Part shown: positions 1 to 10,070 of the stretch, piece by piece | Position numbering within the stretch: the first letter of the stretch is position 1 | How the letters are laid out: every line of letters begins with the position of its first letter | Source of the DNA: an uncultured Chlorobiota bacterium | Lineage (GTDB): Bacteria; Bacteroidota; Bacteroidia; Bacteroidales; JAADGE01 | Assembly (NCBI GenBank): GCA_947311265.1 | Contig: CAMZKQ010000085.1 | Location: 1 to 36,078, forward strand | DNA: 36,078 nucleotides | Direction of reading: 5' to 3' | Made by a program: the position numbers and the translations under genes | Notes under the pieces: model-generated | Seen by the model: the letters and a program-made list of their open reading frames with translations, nothing else | Database searches by the model: none | What the model was told of the DNA's origin: nothing

Positions 1-324
1 AAATATCGAGAAAGCGAAAAATACTACAACGACCTAAAAAACTCCCTCGACACCGCTTTCGAGGACGGCAAAAAAGAAACCGAAGAAGAATTAATCCCAC
101 TCTTGGAAGATGCTATCGCCAAAGAAAAAGAAGAAAGGCGACAAAAAGAGGAAGCCCTTGCCAAAGAAAAAGAAGAAAGGCGACAAAAAGAGGAGGCTAT
201 TGCTAGAGAAAAAGGTGCAAAAATAAAATTTGCAAAAAAAATGCTAAAATATGGAGAATCGCTTAAGGAAATTGCAACCGAAACAGGGCTAAGTATTGAT
301 GAAATTAAAAAGATTAAAATATAA
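1..324 (+). CDS. Rpn-family recombination-promoting nuclease / PD-(D/E)XK nuclease-family putative transposase, 3' part only (5' end outside window)
   Basis: Frame +1 is open from base 1: KYRESEKYYNDLKNSLDTAFEDGKKE..., then a charged coiled-coil and a terminal HTH-like ..AKKMLKYGESLKEIATETGLSIDEI. This resembles the C-terminus of Bacteroidota Rpn/YhgA-like proteins. The nuclease domain is not visible. Confidence 0.75.
   Translation, partial: KYRESEKYYNDLKNSLDTAFEDGKKETEEELIPLLEDAIAKEKEERRQKEEALAKEKEERRQKEEAIAREKGAKIKFAKKMLKYGESLKEIATETGLSIDEIKKIKI
118..210 (+). repeat. 42-bp in-frame tandem repeat (~2.2 copies) encoding AKEKEERRQKEEA(L/I)
   Basis: gccaaagaaaaagaagaaaggcgacaaaaagagga at 118 and again at 160, followed by a degenerate gctagagaa. 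Confidence 0.95.
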
Positions 325-336
325 ATGACTTGATTT

Positions 337-1032
337 TTAAGAAAATATATTTTTTGTAGGCACAGAAGCCACAAAATCTTTCAAGTAAAAAGGCTCAAAA
401 TAAGCCACATCTTCAAACTCTTGCTTTGCAAATTTATCAAAAGTAAGCCCTACCATATCTTTTGCCGAAGGAAATATATTTTCAATAAACACGGCATTTT
501 TATGCGTTAAAATTGCCTTACACTTATCCGCCCCATCGCCAAAAAAATAGACCTTCCCTCTATCCAAAAATTTACTATACGAATTTTGCTCTATAATATC
601 CGCTTGCGTTTTTCGGCAACAGGTATTATCGGCATCAAAAATAGCAGCGTAAACTTCCAAACGGCGTGCATCAATCATGGGGCAAAAAAAAGCCACCTCC
701 CCTACCCTGCCTAACGACTGGGCATTTGCCATGGACAGTAAAGTATCCGAAGAAATCAGCGGTACGCCTAGCCCATAAGCTATACCTTTTGCCGCAGAAA
801 CGCCTATCCGCAAGCCTGTATAAGAACCAGGTCCCTTGCTCACTGCAACCGCATCAAGGTCTTTAACTGTAAAGTTAGTCGTTTCAAAAAGTTGCCCAAT
901 ATAAACGGTAAGCAAGCGAGAGTGCGAATAAGCCTCTTCAACACTTTCGCAAAGAGCTATTAACTTCCCATTTTCGGCAAGCGATACAGAGCAAGATTTT
1001 GTTGAAGTTTCAATATTTAAAATTAACGCCAA
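337..1032 (-). CDS. tsaB: tRNA t6A37 threonylcarbamoyltransferase complex subunit TsaB
   Basis: ILNIETST, HS..L, AVSKGPGSYTGLRIG, PMIDARRLEVY and FEPFYLKDF motifs. Start placed at TTG 1032 ((M)ALILNIE), just downstream of a TAnnTTTG box. Confidence 0.95.
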   Translation of the reverse strand: MALILNIETSTKSCSVSLAENGKLIALCESVEEAYSHSRLLTVYIGQLFETTNFTVKDLDAVAVSKGPGSYTGLRIGVSAAKGIAYGLGVPLISSDTLLSMANAQSLGRVGEVAFFCPMIDARRLEVYAAIFDADNTCCRKTQADIIEQNSYSKFLDRGKVYFFGDGADKCKAILTHKNAVFIENIFPSAKDMVGLTFDKFAKQEFEDVAYFEPFYLKDFVASVPTKNIFS

Positions 1033-1062
1033 TTTTTTTAGTCTTAAAGTAAAATAGAACAA

Positions 1063-1070
1063 CAAAAATA
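1063..1070 (-). promoter_or_regulatory. Bacteroidota -7 promoter box for tsaB
   Basis: TATTTTTG on the minus strand, ~30 nt upstream of the TTG start. Confidence 0.55.
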
Positions 1071-1142
1071 AGCAAAAAGATAAAAGTGAAGAATTAATTT
1101 TAACTTTTCTGAATAATTATATAATAAACGTCGTAAATTATC

Positions 1143-1150
1143 TATTTTTG
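1143..1150 (+). promoter_or_regulatory. Bacteroidota -7 promoter box for glyQS operon
   Basis: TATTTTTG followed by CA, 26 nt before the ATG. Confidence 0.65.
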
Positions 1151-1176
1151 CATCTATTAAATCTTATCAAAATAAA

Positions 1177-2733
1177 ATGGGCAACGACGATATTTTTAAA
1201 AAAGTAACAGCACACGCAAAAGAGTATGGATTTGTATTCCAATCCAGCGAAATTTACGACGGGCTAAGTGCCGTGTACGACTATGGGCAAAATGGCACTT
1301 TGCTCAAAAATAACATCAAAAAATATTGGCTAGATGCCATGGTCTTGCTCAATGAAAACATTGTGACCATAGATTCTGCTATTTTTATGCACCCCACAGT
1401 TTGGAAAGCCTCGGGGCATGCCGATGCTTTTAACGACCCACTTATCGACAATAAAGACTCTAAAAAACGCTACCGTGCCGATGTACTTATTGAAGATTAT
1501 AGAGAAAAAATCCAAAAGAAAATAGACAAAGAGGTAACAAAAGCCGCCAAACGCTTTGGCGATGCTTTCGACAAAGCCGAGTTTTTAAAAACCAACGGCA
1601 GAGTACTTGCCAACCAGAAAAAAATAGACGAACTTACCAACAGTTTTCAAACGGCATTAGAAAACGACGACCTTGCGGCAATCAAACAAATTATTGTAGA
1701 AGCAGGTATTGTTTGCCCTATTTCGGGCAGTAAAAACTGGACAGATGTTCGCCAGTTCAACCTAATGTTCGATACACGCATAGGCTCGGTAAGCGATGAG
1801 TCGGGGAAAATATACCTTCGCCCAGAAACAGCACAAGGCATTTTTGTAAACTACCTCAATGTACAAAAAACAGGACGAATGAAACTCCCTTTTGGGATAG
1901 CACAAATAGGAAAAGCATTTAGAAATGAGATAGTTGCACGACAATTCATTTTCCGTATGCGAGAGTTTGAGCAAATGGAAATGCAGTTTTTTGTTCGCCC
2001 AGGCGAAGAGAAAAAATGGTATAGATTTTGGAAAGAAAAGCGAGAAAAGTGGCATAAAGCACTCGCCATGGGCGATGAAAAATACCGTTGGCACGACCAC
2101 GATAAACTCGCCCGCTATGCCAATGCGGCTTCTGATATAGAGTTCGATTTCCCCTTCGGATTTAAAGAACTAGAGGGCATACACTCCCGTACCGATTTCG
2201 ACCTTTCGCAACATCAAGAATTTTCAGGCAAAAAGTTGCAGTACTACGACCCAGAACTACAAAAATCGTATGTACCATACGTTATTGAAACTTCGCTTGG
2301 CTTAGACAGAATGTTCCTTTCCGTACTTTCCTCGGCTTACACCGAAGAAGTTATAGAAAAAGCAGATGGTAAAAAAGACACTCGTGTTGTTTTAAAAATT
2401 CCTGCCCCACTAGCCCCTGTAAAAGTGGCCATTTTGCCACTAATGAAAAAAGATGGTTTACCAGAATTTGCTCGTAAAATTATGGATAACCTAAAATTCG
2501 ACCTAAACTGCAGGTACGAAGAAAAAGACTCCATAGGCAAACGCTACCGCCGACAAGATGCAATTGGCACACCATTTTGCATCACTATCGACCACCAGAG
2601 TTTAATAAACAACGATGTAACCCTCCGTTACCGAGATTCGATGAAACAAGAGCGTGTTTCTATTTTGGATTTACCAAGTATCATAAAATTGAAAACAAAT
2701 ATGAAAAATTTGTTAAAAAAAGTTGAGGCATAA
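1177..2733 (+). CDS. glyQS: Glycine--tRNA ligase (homodimeric type)
   Basis: YLRPETAQGIF, AQIGKAFRNEI, FRMREFEQMEMQFF, IETSLGLDR, and anticodon domain IGKRYRRQDAIGTP. Confidence 0.98.
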   Translation: MGNDDIFKKVTAHAKEYGFVFQSSEIYDGLSAVYDYGQNGTLLKNNIKKYWLDAMVLLNENIVTIDSAIFMHPTVWKASGHADAFNDPLIDNKDSKKRYRADVLIEDYREKIQKKIDKEVTKAAKRFGDAFDKAEFLKTNGRVLANQKKIDELTNSFQTALENDDLAAIKQIIVEAGIVCPISGSKNWTDVRQFNLMFDTRIGSVSDESGKIYLRPETAQGIFVNYLNVQKTGRMKLPFGIAQIGKAFRNEIVARQFIFRMREFEQMEMQFFVRPGEEKKWYRFWKEKREKWHKALAMGDEKYRWHDHDKLARYANAASDIEFDFPFGFKELEGIHSRTDFDLSQHQEFSGKKLQYYDPELQKSYVPYVIETSLGLDRMFLSVLSSAYTEEVIEKADGKKDTRVVLKIPAPLAPVKVAILPLMKKDGLPEFARKIMDNLKFDLNCRYEEKDSIGKRYRRQDAIGTPFCITIDHQSLINNDVTLRYRDSMKQERVSILDLPSIIKLKTNMKNLLKKVEA

Positions 2734-2751
2734 AATAGCATCATAAAAAAA

Positions 2752-3642
2752 TTGAATAAAAATTTCCAAAATAAAAGCTACGACTCCCATGCCGAGTGGT
2801 ACAATAAATTATACCCGAATAATGAGGCAAAACTCGCTCATATCAAAAAACGTTTCAAAAGCGGAACAATTGATGCTTGGTTACATGCCCGAAAATACGA
2901 TTTACTTTTGCCATTCTTGGGTAGCGGTAACTTCCTTACAATCGGCGATGGCGTTGGGGTGGATGCTGGACAGCTTAAAAATAGAGGCTTTGAGGTAGAA
3001 GCTTCAGACATTTCCTCCATGTTTTTACCACTCACCAAAGAGGCAGGTTATATTGATAAATTTTCAATTCAGAATGCCGAACATATAAATTTGCCTGATA
3101 ATTCGGTAGATTATATTTTATGCAAAGAGGCCTATCATCACTTTCCTCGCCCAGCCATTGCTTTGTACGAAATGATAAGGGTGGCAAAAAAAGCAGTAAT
3201 TTTAATTGAACCTGCCGACCCTGTTCTAAAAATGCCACTACTTATGGCAATGAATAATCGGCTTTCGCCGAAAAAGTTAAAAAAAATATGGAACAATAAA
3301 TATTCCTACGAAACGGTCGGTAATTTTGTCTATAAAATATCCGAAAGGGAAATTGAAAAACATGCCGCAGGAATAAGCCTCCCGGCAGTTGCTTTTAAAG
3401 GCATACACGAAGATTTTTTTAAACCCGGCTACGAACTTTTAAAAGCCAATAATTCTGTTCCAGAATTTAAAGCCGTAAATAAAAAGATTAAACGCTTAAA
3501 CTTCCTATCGCAACTACACCTATTGCCATACGGCTCTATGGCTGCGGTAATTTTTAAATCGCCCCCCGAACAACAACTAATTAACCAACTTTGTAATGCT
3601 GGCTATAAATACCACAATATCCCTAAAAACCCTTACATCTAA
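2752..3642 (+). CDS. Class I SAM-dependent methyltransferase
   Basis: LTIGDGVG (motif I variant), ASDIS, QNAEHINLPDNSVDYILCKEAYHHF, EMIRVAK; TTG start. Confidence 0.85.
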   Translation: MNKNFQNKSYDSHAEWYNKLYPNNEAKLAHIKKRFKSGTIDAWLHARKYDLLLPFLGSGNFLTIGDGVGVDAGQLKNRGFEVEASDISSMFLPLTKEAGYIDKFSIQNAEHINLPDNSVDYILCKEAYHHFPRPAIALYEMIRVAKKAVILIEPADPVLKMPLLMAMNNRLSPKKLKKIWNNKYSYETVGNFVYKISEREIEKHAAGISLPAVAFKGIHEDFFKPGYELLKANNSVPEFKAVNKKIKRLNFLSQLHLLPYGSMAAVIFKSPPEQQLINQLCNAGYKYHNIPKNPYI

Positions 3643-3661
3643 TTTATAAAATTAATCTAAA

Positions 3662-5574
3662 ATGGCCTACCACTCATTATCCGAATTTATAGAACGAATT
3701 GAAGCTGCTGGCGAATTGGTTCGTATAAAAACTAGAGTAAGCACAGAACTAGAAATTGCTGAAATTGCCGATAGAATGTCCAAAGCACCGGGCGGCGGCA
3801 AGGCACTACTTTTTGAAAATAATGGTACTGATTTCCCTGTGTTAATTAACGGGCTAGGCTCGCTAAAAAGAATGCATTTGGCACTAAATGTTAATAATTT
3901 CTCCGAAATAAGTGATGATATTGAGGCACTGTTCAAAAAAATGACAGGCCCTAAAAAATCGTTTATGGATAAGCTAAAAATGCTTCCAGAACTAGCCAAA
4001 GTAGCCAAATTTATGCCAAAAACAAAAGGCGGCAAAGGGGCATCGCAAGAAGTCATACACAAAAACCCCGATTTAAGCATTATCCCCGTTCTTAAAACGT
4101 GGAGCAGGGACGGCGGAAAATTCATCACTTTTCCGCAAGTAATTACCCAAGACCCACATACGGGGATTAGGAATATTGGTATGTACCGCCTACAAATCCT
4201 ATCTAAAAACGAAACAGGAATGCACTGGCACAAACATAAAGTTGGCGAGCGGCATTACCGAGAATATAAGGCACTTGGGGAAAAAATGCCCATTGCCGTT
4301 GCCCTAGGTGGCGACCCTGCTTGCACCTACTCGGCGGTGGCCCCCCTACCCGACAACGTAGATGAATATATGCTTGCTGGTTTTCTGCGTAAGCAAAAAG
4401 TAACCATGGTAAAAGCCATAACGCAAGATATTTACGTCCCGGCTGAGGCCGATTTTATTATAGAAGGTTATGTGGACCCTTTGGAGGAGAAAATTTGGGA
4501 AGGTCCATTTGGCGACCATACTGGCTTCTTTTCTTTGGCGGATTGGTATCCCAAATTTCATGTAACTTGTATCACTCACCGCAAGCAGGCTATTTACCCA
4601 GCCACAGTTGTAGGTATCCCACCAATGGAAGATGCCTATATTGCCCGTGCCACAGGTGGGATTTTTAAAGCCCCTATAAAGATTACAATGCTACCAGAAA
4701 TGGAAGATATGAATATTCCTGATGCTGGGGTGGCTCATAACCTGACCTTAGTTTCAATTCACAAGACATTTTCTGGGCATGCCCAGAAGATTATAAACTC
4801 ACTATGGGGGGCTGGGCAAATGATGTTCAACAAAATGTTGCTCACTACCGATGCTAGTGTTAATGTGCATGATTATAAGCAACTTGCACAGTACTGCTCC
4901 CAGCATATCGACCCACAGTTTGATATACATTTTATGCGGGGCCCGCTTGATGTGCTAGACCACTCGTCCTCCAAATTTGCTTTTGGAAGCAAAATAGGTA
5001 TTGATGCTACAAAAAAATACCCTGAAGAAATTTCTGGCGAAAAAGTAGCTAACCCAAAGCTTGCAGGAACTATTATTAATACACAAAGTTTAAAGGAAAA
5101 ATACCCTGCTTTGCGTTCGGTAAATCTTACTTTGTTGGAAGATGAAATTTCTGCAATATTCATATCCATTGAAAAAACAAAAGGTGGTGAAGTACGCCAG
5201 CTTGCTCAAAATCTTTTCAGCGAAAGCGGTATTAAGCAAGTAAAATTTATCTTTTCTTGGATTACCCTGTTGATGTTTTTGATATAGAGCAGGCAACCTG
5301 GATTTTTGCTAATAATATTGAACCCTTGCGGGATTGTTTTGTTTTCCCTGCCTCAACAGAAAATGAGCCTTCGCATATTGCCTTTGATGGTACTCGAAAA
5401 CGGGCTGATATTGATAATTTTAAACGGGATTGGCCGGATATTGTAACGGCCGACAGGGCGACTATTAGTTTGGTGGATAAACGATGGAGCGAGTATGGGA
5501 TTGGGGATTTTATTGAGTCGCCTTCGGTGAAATACCGCCCGCTGGTGCTTAGTGATAAAGCGGTGGTAAAATGA
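3662..5574 (+). pseudogene. UbiD-family (menaquinone biosynthesis, MqnL-like) decarboxylase, split by a one-base frameshift (~637 aa if repaired; may be a sequencing error)
   Basis: RNIGMYRLQ, EGPFGDHTG, GIPPMED and LDVLDHSS..GSKIGIDAT motifs. ORFs 3662-5287 and 5257-5574 join as ..FIFFLDYPVD.. if one T is added to the T4 run at 5252-5255. Confidence 0.85.
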
Positions 5575-6029
5575 GCGAGGCGTACAAAAAGGCAAAATCT
5601 TATGCGGCAGCATTATGTAGCCGAAGCGAGAGGTGTAGTTTTGATGTTTTGCAGAAATTGAGAAAAAGGGAACTCTCTGATGAGGAATGTGCTAAAATTA
5701 TTGCATTTTTAAAACAAGAGAAATATTTAGATGATGCCCGCTTTGCGGAAAGCTATGCTTTGGATAAATTCAGGCTTAATAGCTGGGGAGTTATCAAAAT
5801 TAGAATGATGCTTTATGAGAAACAAATACCTAGTAATGAAATAGATAAGGCTATACAGGCTATCCCGAAAAGGGAATATTTACGGGTGCTTAAAAAGGTG
5901 ATTTCTGACAAGCTAAAAGTGCTAAAAGAGGAAGATGAATTTCTACTAAAAATGAAGGTAGCTCGTTTTGCCGCAGGGAAGGGCTACGAACAAGATGAAA
6001 TTTTTAAAATCTTAGGGGAGTTGGTTTGA
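5571..6029 (+). CDS. recX: Regulatory protein RecX
   Basis: CSRSERC, EKYLDDARFAESY, WGVIKIR and ARFAAGKGY motifs; ATGA overlap with the upstream gene. Confidence 0.93.
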   Translation: MSEAYKKAKSYAAALCSRSERCSFDVLQKLRKRELSDEECAKIIAFLKQEKYLDDARFAESYALDKFRLNSWGVIKIRMMLYEKQIPSNEIDKAIQAIPKREYLRVLKKVISDKLKVLKEEDEFLLKMKVARFAAGKGYEQDEIFKILGELV

Positions 6030-6056
6030 GGGGGGAGGTAATTGTAAATTTATAAA

Positions 6057-7263
6057 TTACCAAAAAAAAGCAGCAAGATTCTCTGCATTATTTTTTGCAT
6101 TATACAGTTTTTGATATGTATTGTATGCTTCTTTTCTCATTACTGTTTTTTTCTCTTTTGGTAAATTATAAAACATTGTCATTTTGTCCTTTAAACTATC
6201 AGCGGTTATATCTGCACTTAAAAGCTTTCCGTTGTTATTATTTACGATTTCGCTTGTTCCGCCAACATCGGTAGCTAATACGGGAATACTTGCCGACATA
6301 GCTTCCATTATAGAAACAGGTACACCTTTCGGTCGTGCTTGCATTTATAAATAAATCGACAGGTTTATTTACGTAAAAACTTTTTACTTCAGAGCTGCGA
6401 ACTTGCCCGACTAAATTTATTTTAACATTGCTGGGTCTGTTTAATATTATTGATTTTATTTTGTCAATCATAATTCCGTCCCCTATGTGCGTCCATTCCA
6501 CTTTAATCTCCAAACTTAAAATGGCTTTTGCAATTAAATCTACTCTTTTAAGGGGAATTATTGAAGAGCAACTATAAATTCTCAAAATGCTGTCAATGCT
6601 CATTTTTGATAGTCCTTCGCTAATTGTTCCCAATCTTAATATTTTAGCATTAAATTTTATTTTTTTGTATCTTTCTTGCAAATATCTTTTCCCTTGTTCT
6701 GAAATAAATAGTGCAGTATGTAGTTTTTTTAACTGATTTGTTCGGTATGGTATGTAATTATAATTTCTGTTTTCATATAAATCATATCCATGAAAACGAA
6801 TAATAATTTTTGCTTCTGTTTTTAAAACCGGAACAATTTCACTTGTTTCTTTTCCCCAGAAAAAATAAAGTATTGTGTTTTTATCTGCCTTATTAATAAT
6901 TGTGTTAAGTTGGTTGTTTTTTTGTAAATACTGTATTCTATAAGAGGCTATTATCCATTGTATTATGTTTTTTTTACTCCTGTAAACTTTTTGCTTAAAG
7001 AACTCTTTTATAAAAAGAAATAAGTTTTTGCTAAAAAAAATCTTAATTAATTGTTTTTTTATATGAGTTGTTGGCAATTTATTGAATATAGGCTCTTGAT
7101 ATTTAACCCCCTTAACTAATTTTGTTGCTAATTTTTTAGAGTGAGAAAAAAACGGAACAACGGTAATGTCAAATTTGTCTTTTAAAACAGTTAGTTCGTT
7201 TGTTTTCCACTCTTCGCCCATATCGTATGGATATGAATTTGTGAAATACATTAAATTTTTCAT
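6057..7263 (-). pseudogene. GT4-family glycosyltransferase, split by a +1 insertion (~401 aa if repaired)
   Basis: RFHGYDLY and LKRVDLI motifs. The conserved STTEGVPVSIMEAMS motif is broken by an extra A (GAAAGGT, 6327-6329), giving ORFs 6238-7263 and 6057-6344. Confidence 0.88.
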
Positions 7264-7288
7264 CTATTAAATATCTATTAAAAATAAT

Positions 7289-8461
7289 TTACTCTTTAAA
7301 TTTTGTAATATTTTTAACCACAGAAAACAAATTATCACTAATGTATGGTTTGTCAAGTTTGCCTAAAATATATACCTTTTTTAATATATCTTTTTTTTTA
7401 TTTTCGGAATTTAATAAGTCGAAAAATGAATTTTTATATGCACAAGTGTTAATTTTATAATCATAATATTGAGATGTATATTTTTTTGCATTCAAACTTA
7501 GCTTATTATATTTATTCGTATTATTTTTTAAAATTAGAATTTTTTCTACAAAACATTCAGTATCTTGGAAATTGCACCTAAACCCATTTTCTCCTTGTGT
7601 TATTACTTCTTGGAATCCTGTTTCCAGATTTGAGCTAACAGGCACAACGCCTTGCCTTAATGCTTCAATTAAGGTAAGTGGCAAGCCTTCGTTGCGTGAA
7701 GGAGATAGAATAATATGGCTTTGGGCGAACAATGATTGCACTTGTTTATTAGGTATGTTGTGATAAAACTTTGTTTTATCAATGGGTTTCCAATCTTTTT
7801 TAAACTGCTTTTCGTTTACACCATCGGTTATAAGGATATAGTTTATTGTTTTATCCTTTTCATATAAACGATTGGCTATTTCTGTTAGCTTATCAGCTCC
7901 TTTTGTTTTATTATATCGTCCAACAAATATTATTGTAAACTCTTTATTCCTTTTAGTTTCTATTTTAAATTCAGGTATAACATGCCTCAAATAACTTATA
8001 TGCTTGTTTTGTAGGTGTTTTTCGCAACTATCAAATATTTTTTGACTTATCGGTATGTATAAATCAACAATATTATATTTATTTAAATAGTTTGACATTT
8101 TTATTTCAGTTTCTGTGTCTCCGTGTATCATCAAGACCAAAGGAATATTTAATTTAGCAATATTATATGCGGTGATTTCGTAGATTGAACTTGCAACAAT
8201 TAAATTATATGCAGAAAGTATATCTCCTGCTTTTTTTAAGACTTTGTATTTATTCTGCTTCTGGGATAAATATATTTCATTGATTTCAATTTGATTGTTT
8301 TCAAATATATAGTTGGCAGGGGTAACATTTCTCCATTCGTAATTAATTAATAAAACACCAAAGTTGAAATTTTCATGTAATGCTGTTATCAAATTTTTAA
8401 TAACATAGATAACACCTCCTACGGCATTTTCAGCCACAAAACAAATTTTCTTTTTTTGCAT
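7289..8461 (-). CDS. GT4-family glycosyltransferase
   Basis: FVGRYNKTKG and PSRNEGLPLTLIEA (EX7E) motifs. Confidence 0.92.
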   Translation of the reverse strand: MQKKKICFVAENAVGGVIYVIKNLITALHENFNFGVLLINYEWRNVTPANYIFENNQIEINEIYLSQKQNKYKVLKKAGDILSAYNLIVASSIYEITAYNIAKLNIPLVLMIHGDTETEIKMSNYLNKYNIVDLYIPISQKIFDSCEKHLQNKHISYLRHVIPEFKIETKRNKEFTIIFVGRYNKTKGADKLTEIANRLYEKDKTINYILITDGVNEKQFKKDWKPIDKTKFYHNIPNKQVQSLFAQSHIILSPSRNEGLPLTLIEALRQGVVPVSSNLETGFQEVITQGENGFRCNFQDTECFVEKILILKNNTNKYNKLSLNAKKYTSQYYDYKINTCAYKNSFFDLLNSENKKKDILKKVYILGKLDKPYISDNLFSVVKNITKFKE

Positions 8462-8463
8462 AT

Positions 8464-9339
8464 TTATTTAGTTTTTAAAAATATTGTTTTTATAAATTTT
8501 GCTAAAATAAACTTTAAAAGCAGTAAATTATCCCTTCTTAGCTTTATCAATGACATTTTAAACAATGTTTTTAATTCAAATATACGAGAATAATTGAACT
8601 TTATTGAAAAAAGAATAGTATCTTTTAAATTTTGAAAATATATTTCGTTTGCTTCATTAGGAGTAATATCAACCATTATTGGCAGTTTTGTTTTAAGATT
8701 TTCATGCCACTTTAGACTCTCTTTAAACCAATTTTTGTCTAACTTTCCGGGGGAAAAATGCTCAAGCAATAGTTTATGAGAAACAAAAAGTTTATAGTTT
8801 AACCCTATTCTTAATGAAATATCCATATCGTAAAGGTGAAAACCTTTTAAATTATTTTCGTCAAAAGGTATTTCTTGAAAAACTTTTTTCCTCCCCGAAA
8901 GGAAAAAACCATCTAAAACAGCGACTTGGGTTAATAAATCATCTGTTGGGTTAAATGAAACATTAACTTTTTTATTGCCAAAATGCTGAAGTGCAGATAT
9001 TCTACAATATTTTTGAGGAATTTTAGACCAATTTACAGGTGCTTTTGTTTTTATTAATGCCCCAGATACACCAATTAAACCAATATTATCTTTTTTTAAA
9101 TCATCTATAATAAATTGACCCCAGTTTTGTGTATGAAACAGAATATCTTCATGACAGAATACAAGGTATTCATATTGGGCTAATTGAACACCCTTATTAT
9201 AAGCTTTTGCAATACTTAATTTTTCTTTAATATTATCAATAATTATCAATTCGTGTGCAATACCAATTGTTCGTTTAATATTGGCTGTAATTTTATACCG
9301 TTGTGGTTTATTTATTGAACATATTATTATTGAGAGCAT
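8464..9339 (-). CDS. GT2-like glycosyltransferase
   Basis: MLSIIICS, AYNKG, LVFCHEDI, VAVLDG and GFHLYDMD motifs. Confidence 0.88.
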   Translation of the reverse strand: MLSIIICSINKPQRYKITANIKRTIGIAHELIIIDNIKEKLSIAKAYNKGVQLAQYEYLVFCHEDILFHTQNWGQFIIDDLKKDNIGLIGVSGALIKTKAPVNWSKIPQKYCRISALQHFGNKKVNVSFNPTDDLLTQVAVLDGFFLSGRKKVFQEIPFDENNLKGFHLYDMDISLRIGLNYKLFVSHKLLLEHFSPGKLDKNWFKESLKWHENLKTKLPIMVDITPNEANEIYFQNLKDTILFSIKFNYSRIFELKTLFKMSLIKLRRDNLLLLKFILAKFIKTIFLKTK

Positions 9340-9347
9340 TTAGATGT

Positions 9348-10070
9348 CTATTTTAAAAGGAAGTTTGAAATAATATTTATAGGAAAGTATTTTCTGTAAT
9401 TTGAAATTTGGCGATAAAATATATTTATGTGTTTCTTAAATATATATTTCCTGTCTTTAATAAATTCCATATCTGTATTTTGACTAATCCCACCTTGTTC
9501 ATAGTTGGCAATAATACTATTTAAGTATTTTTGCTTAATACGGCGATTTGTAAACCACTTAATATTATGCTCCCAATCAGCAACAATTTTATATTTTTCA
9601 TTAAAAAAGCCTATTTCTTTAAAAATAGTTTTTTTAAAAAAAATAGATTGATGACAAATATTTTTCCACATTAGTTTATACTGATTGAACTTACCCGCAT
9701 GTATTATTTTATCTTTTTCAAAAAAAACATTTCCATAAATAATAGCCACGTTTATATTTCTTTTAAAAATATCATTCAGCACATCATCATTATAAAACCA
9801 ATCTCCACTATTCAATAAATATACCCACTCTCCTGCAGATATTTTGATGCCTTTGTTCATACCATTATAAATACCTTTATCCGGTTCGGAAACCCAATAA
9901 GTTATTTTATCGGCATATTTTTCAATTATTTCTTTGCTGTCGTCAGTGCTTCCGCCATCAATTATTATGTATTCGTAATCTGTAAACGTTTGGTTTATTA
10001 CGCTTTCTATTGTTTTTTGTAAGCCTTTGGCGTTGTTTAGGTTTACTGTTATTATACTTAGTTTTGGCAT
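9348..10070 (-). CDS. GT2-family glycosyltransferase (WcaE-like)
   Basis: LSIITVNLN, IIDGGSTD, SEPDKGIYNGMNKG, LNSGD and HQS motifs. Confidence 0.93.
   Translation of the reverse strand: MPKLSIITVNLNNAKGLQKTIESVINQTFTDYEYIIIDGGSTDDSKEIIEKYADKITYWVSEPDKGIYNGMNKGIKISAGEWVYLLNSGDWFYNDDVLNDIFKRNINVAIIYGNVFFEKDKIIHAGKFNQYKLMWKNICHQSIFFKKTIFKEIGFFNEKYKIVADWEHNIKWFTNRRIKQKYLNSIIANYEQGGISQNTDMEFIKDRKYIFKKHINIFYRQISNYRKYFPINIISNFLLK

Noticed and set aside
118-210. CRISPR-like array
   Set aside because: The repeats are contiguous and in frame, with no spacers.
24-374. Antisense 116-aa ORF, and the many other short overlapping ORFs in the track (e.g. 3667-4233, 20568-21098, 34554-34781)
   Set aside because: Shadow frames of well-supported genes, with no recognisable motifs.
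6030-6060. Terminator between recX and the converging GT
   Set aside because: Only a weak AT-rich inverted repeat (gtaatt..aattac) is present; insufficient support.
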